A stretch of 30,250 bases of DNA from a virus. Taxonomy: Duplodnaviria; Heunggongvirae; Uroviricota; Caudoviricetes. The stretch lies in the IMG/VR virus record IMGVR_UViG_2740892422_000005. One strand, 5' to 3'. A model generated the notes under the pieces. It did no database searches. It was not told the origin of the DNA and saw nothing but the letters and a program-made list of their open reading frames with translations. Shown piece by piece: positions 28,983-30,250 of this stretch. The stretch's first letter is position 1. Every line of letters begins with the position of its first letter. Made by a program: the position numbers and the translations under genes.

Positions 28983-30250
28983 ATGGCAGTAAAGATTTCA
29001 GGTGTACTGAAAGACGGCACAGGAAAACCGGTAGAGAACTGCACCATTCAACTGAAAGCCAGACGTAACAGCGCCACGGTGGTGGTGAACACGCTGGCCT
29101 CAGAAAACCCGGATGAAGCCGGGCGTTACAGTATGGACGTTGAGTACGGTCAGTACAGCGTTATTCTGTTGGTGGAAGGGTTCCCGCCGTCACATGCCGG
29201 GACCATCACCGTGTATGAAGATTCCCGACCCGGTACGCTGAATGATTTTCTCGGTGCCATGGCGGAGGATGACCTCCGTCCGGAGGCACTGCGCCGTTTT
29301 GAGCTGATGGTGGAAGAGGTGGCGCGTAACGCGTCCGCGGTGGCACAGAACACGGCAGCCGCGAAGAAGTCAGCCAGCGATGCCAGCACATCTGCCCGTG
29401 AGGCGGCAACCCATGCGACTGATGCTGCAGATTCAGCACGTACAGCCAGCACGTCAGCCGGACAGGCCGCGACGTCGGCTCAGGAGGCTTTTTCCAGCGC
29501 AGGAACGGCATCAGCAAAGGCCAGTGAGGCCTCAAAAAGTGCTGCCGCCGCGGAGTCCTCAAAAAGCGCGGCGGCCACCAGTGCTGAGGCAGCAAAAACG
29601 TCAGAAGCGGATGCGGCAGCGTCACAACAGGCTGCTGCCACTTCTGCATCCACCGCGACGACGAAAGCGTCAGAAGCTGCCACCTCGGCCCGGGATGCGG
29701 CGGCGTCAAAAGAAGCGGCAAAATCATCAGAAACGAGCGCATCATCAAGCGCCAGTAGTGCCGCTTCCTCGGCAACGGCGGCCGGCAATTCCGCGAAAGC
29801 GGCCAGAACGTCCGAGACGAACGCCAGGTCTTCTGAAACGGCAGCGGAACAGAGCGCCTCTGCTGCGGCAGGCTCAGAAACCGCGGCTGCATCATCGGCC
29901 CGAGAGTCATCAGTGAAGGCAGAGGAGGCCTCAGCCAGTGCCACCGCCGCCGGAAAATCGGCAGAAAACGCTGCATCCTCTGCTGCAGCAGCCACAACGA
30001 AGGCTGGCGAAGCCACTGAACAGGCTGCGGCAGCAGAGGTGTCTGCTTCCGCAGCGAAGACCTCGGAGACGAACGCGAAAGCGTCGGAAACCCGAGCTGG
30101 AACCTCAGAAACGGCGGCCGCATCGTCCGCCCGTTCGGCGGCATCATCAGCATCCTCTNNNNNNNNNNGGTGGCACAGAACACGGCAGCCGCGAAGAAGT
30201 CAGCCAGCGATGCCAGCACATCTGCCCGTGAGGCGGCAACCCATGCGACT
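28983..30250 (+). CDS. stf: Side tail fibre protein Stf, 5' part (runs off the window; interrupted by a 10-N run at 30159-30168)
   Basis: ATG 28983. MAVKISGVLKDGTGKPVENCTIQLKARRNS... is close to the lambda Stf N-terminus from memory, followed by an Ala/Ser/Thr/Glu-rich repetitive region. It has no stop in the window, so it is absent from the ORF track. Confidence 0.8.
   Translation, partial: MAVKISGVLKDGTGKPVENCTIQLKARRNSATVVVNTLASENPDEAGRYSMDVEYGQYSVILLVEGFPPSHAGTITVYEDSRPGTLNDFLGAMAEDDLRPEALRRFELMVEEVARNASAVAQNTAAAKKSASDASTSAREAATHATDAADSARTASTSAGQAATSAQEAFSSAGTASAKASEASKSAAAAESSKSAAATSAEAAKTSEADAAASQQAAATSASTATTKASEAATSARDAAASKEAAKSSETSASSSASSAASSATAAGNSAKAARTSETNARSSETAAEQSASAAAGSETAAASSARESSVKAEEASASATAAGKSAENAASSAAAATTKAGEATEQAAAAEVSASAAKTSETNAKASETRAGTSETAAASSARSAASSASSXXXXWHRTRQPRRSQPAMPAHLPVRRQPMR
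30159..30168. other. Run of 10 N (scaffold gap) inside stf
   Basis: Literal N characters. Sequence after the gap restarts at an earlier point of stf. Confidence 0.95.
30169..30250 (+). repeat. 82-nt exact copy of 29339-29420 (stf codons for VAQNTAAAKKSASDASTSAREAATHAT) after the N-run
   Basis: Compared base by base; identical over all 82 nt. Out of frame with the upstream stf reading frame given exactly 10 N. Confidence 0.9.

Noticed and set aside
29206-30219. 337-aa minus-strand ORF, the nested 178-aa minus-strand ORF (29480-30016) and the Arg/Pro-rich plus-strand ORFs (29380-29916, 29938-30231) in the stf region
   Set aside because: All are alternative-frame readings of the repetitive GC-rich stf repeat region, and one spans the N-run. 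The Stf frame from ATG 28983 is the one that matches lambda Stf.

Overview
This window is the late (lysis, packaging, head, tail) region of a lambdoid prophage of the Rac/lambda type from an Escherichia-like enterobacterium. All genes I support are on the + strand. The order is: end of the nin region (DUF1367-like, YbcO/DUF1364-like, Q-like antiterminator), a candidate late promoter, two tRNA genes (Thr-UGU and Gly-UCC) and a tR'-like terminator, a phage-21-type lysis cassette (pinholin, SAR endolysin, Rz with embedded Rz1), an AT-rich trkG potassium-transporter cargo gene, a ParB-like nuclease-domain gene and a GT-A-fold glycosyltransferase-like gene, the small and large terminase, portal, head morphogenesis, scaffold and capsid genes, head-tail joining genes, major tail protein, a G-T tail chaperone with a -1 frameshift site, an Ail/Lom-family outer-membrane moron, then tape measure, M, L, K, I, J, lom and the start of stf. 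Two runs of 10 N (27668-27677 inside J, 30159-30168 inside stf) look like scaffold joins, and the last 82 nt exactly repeat 29339-29420. The most interesting candidates are the ParB-like/GT-A gene pair, a TGCGCA hexamer array inside the small-terminase gene (possible pac site), the phage-borne tRNA pair, and the Ail/Lom-like moron with its own promoter, palindrome and terminator. All protein calls rest on reading the translations and on family knowledge recalled from memory; no database search was run.
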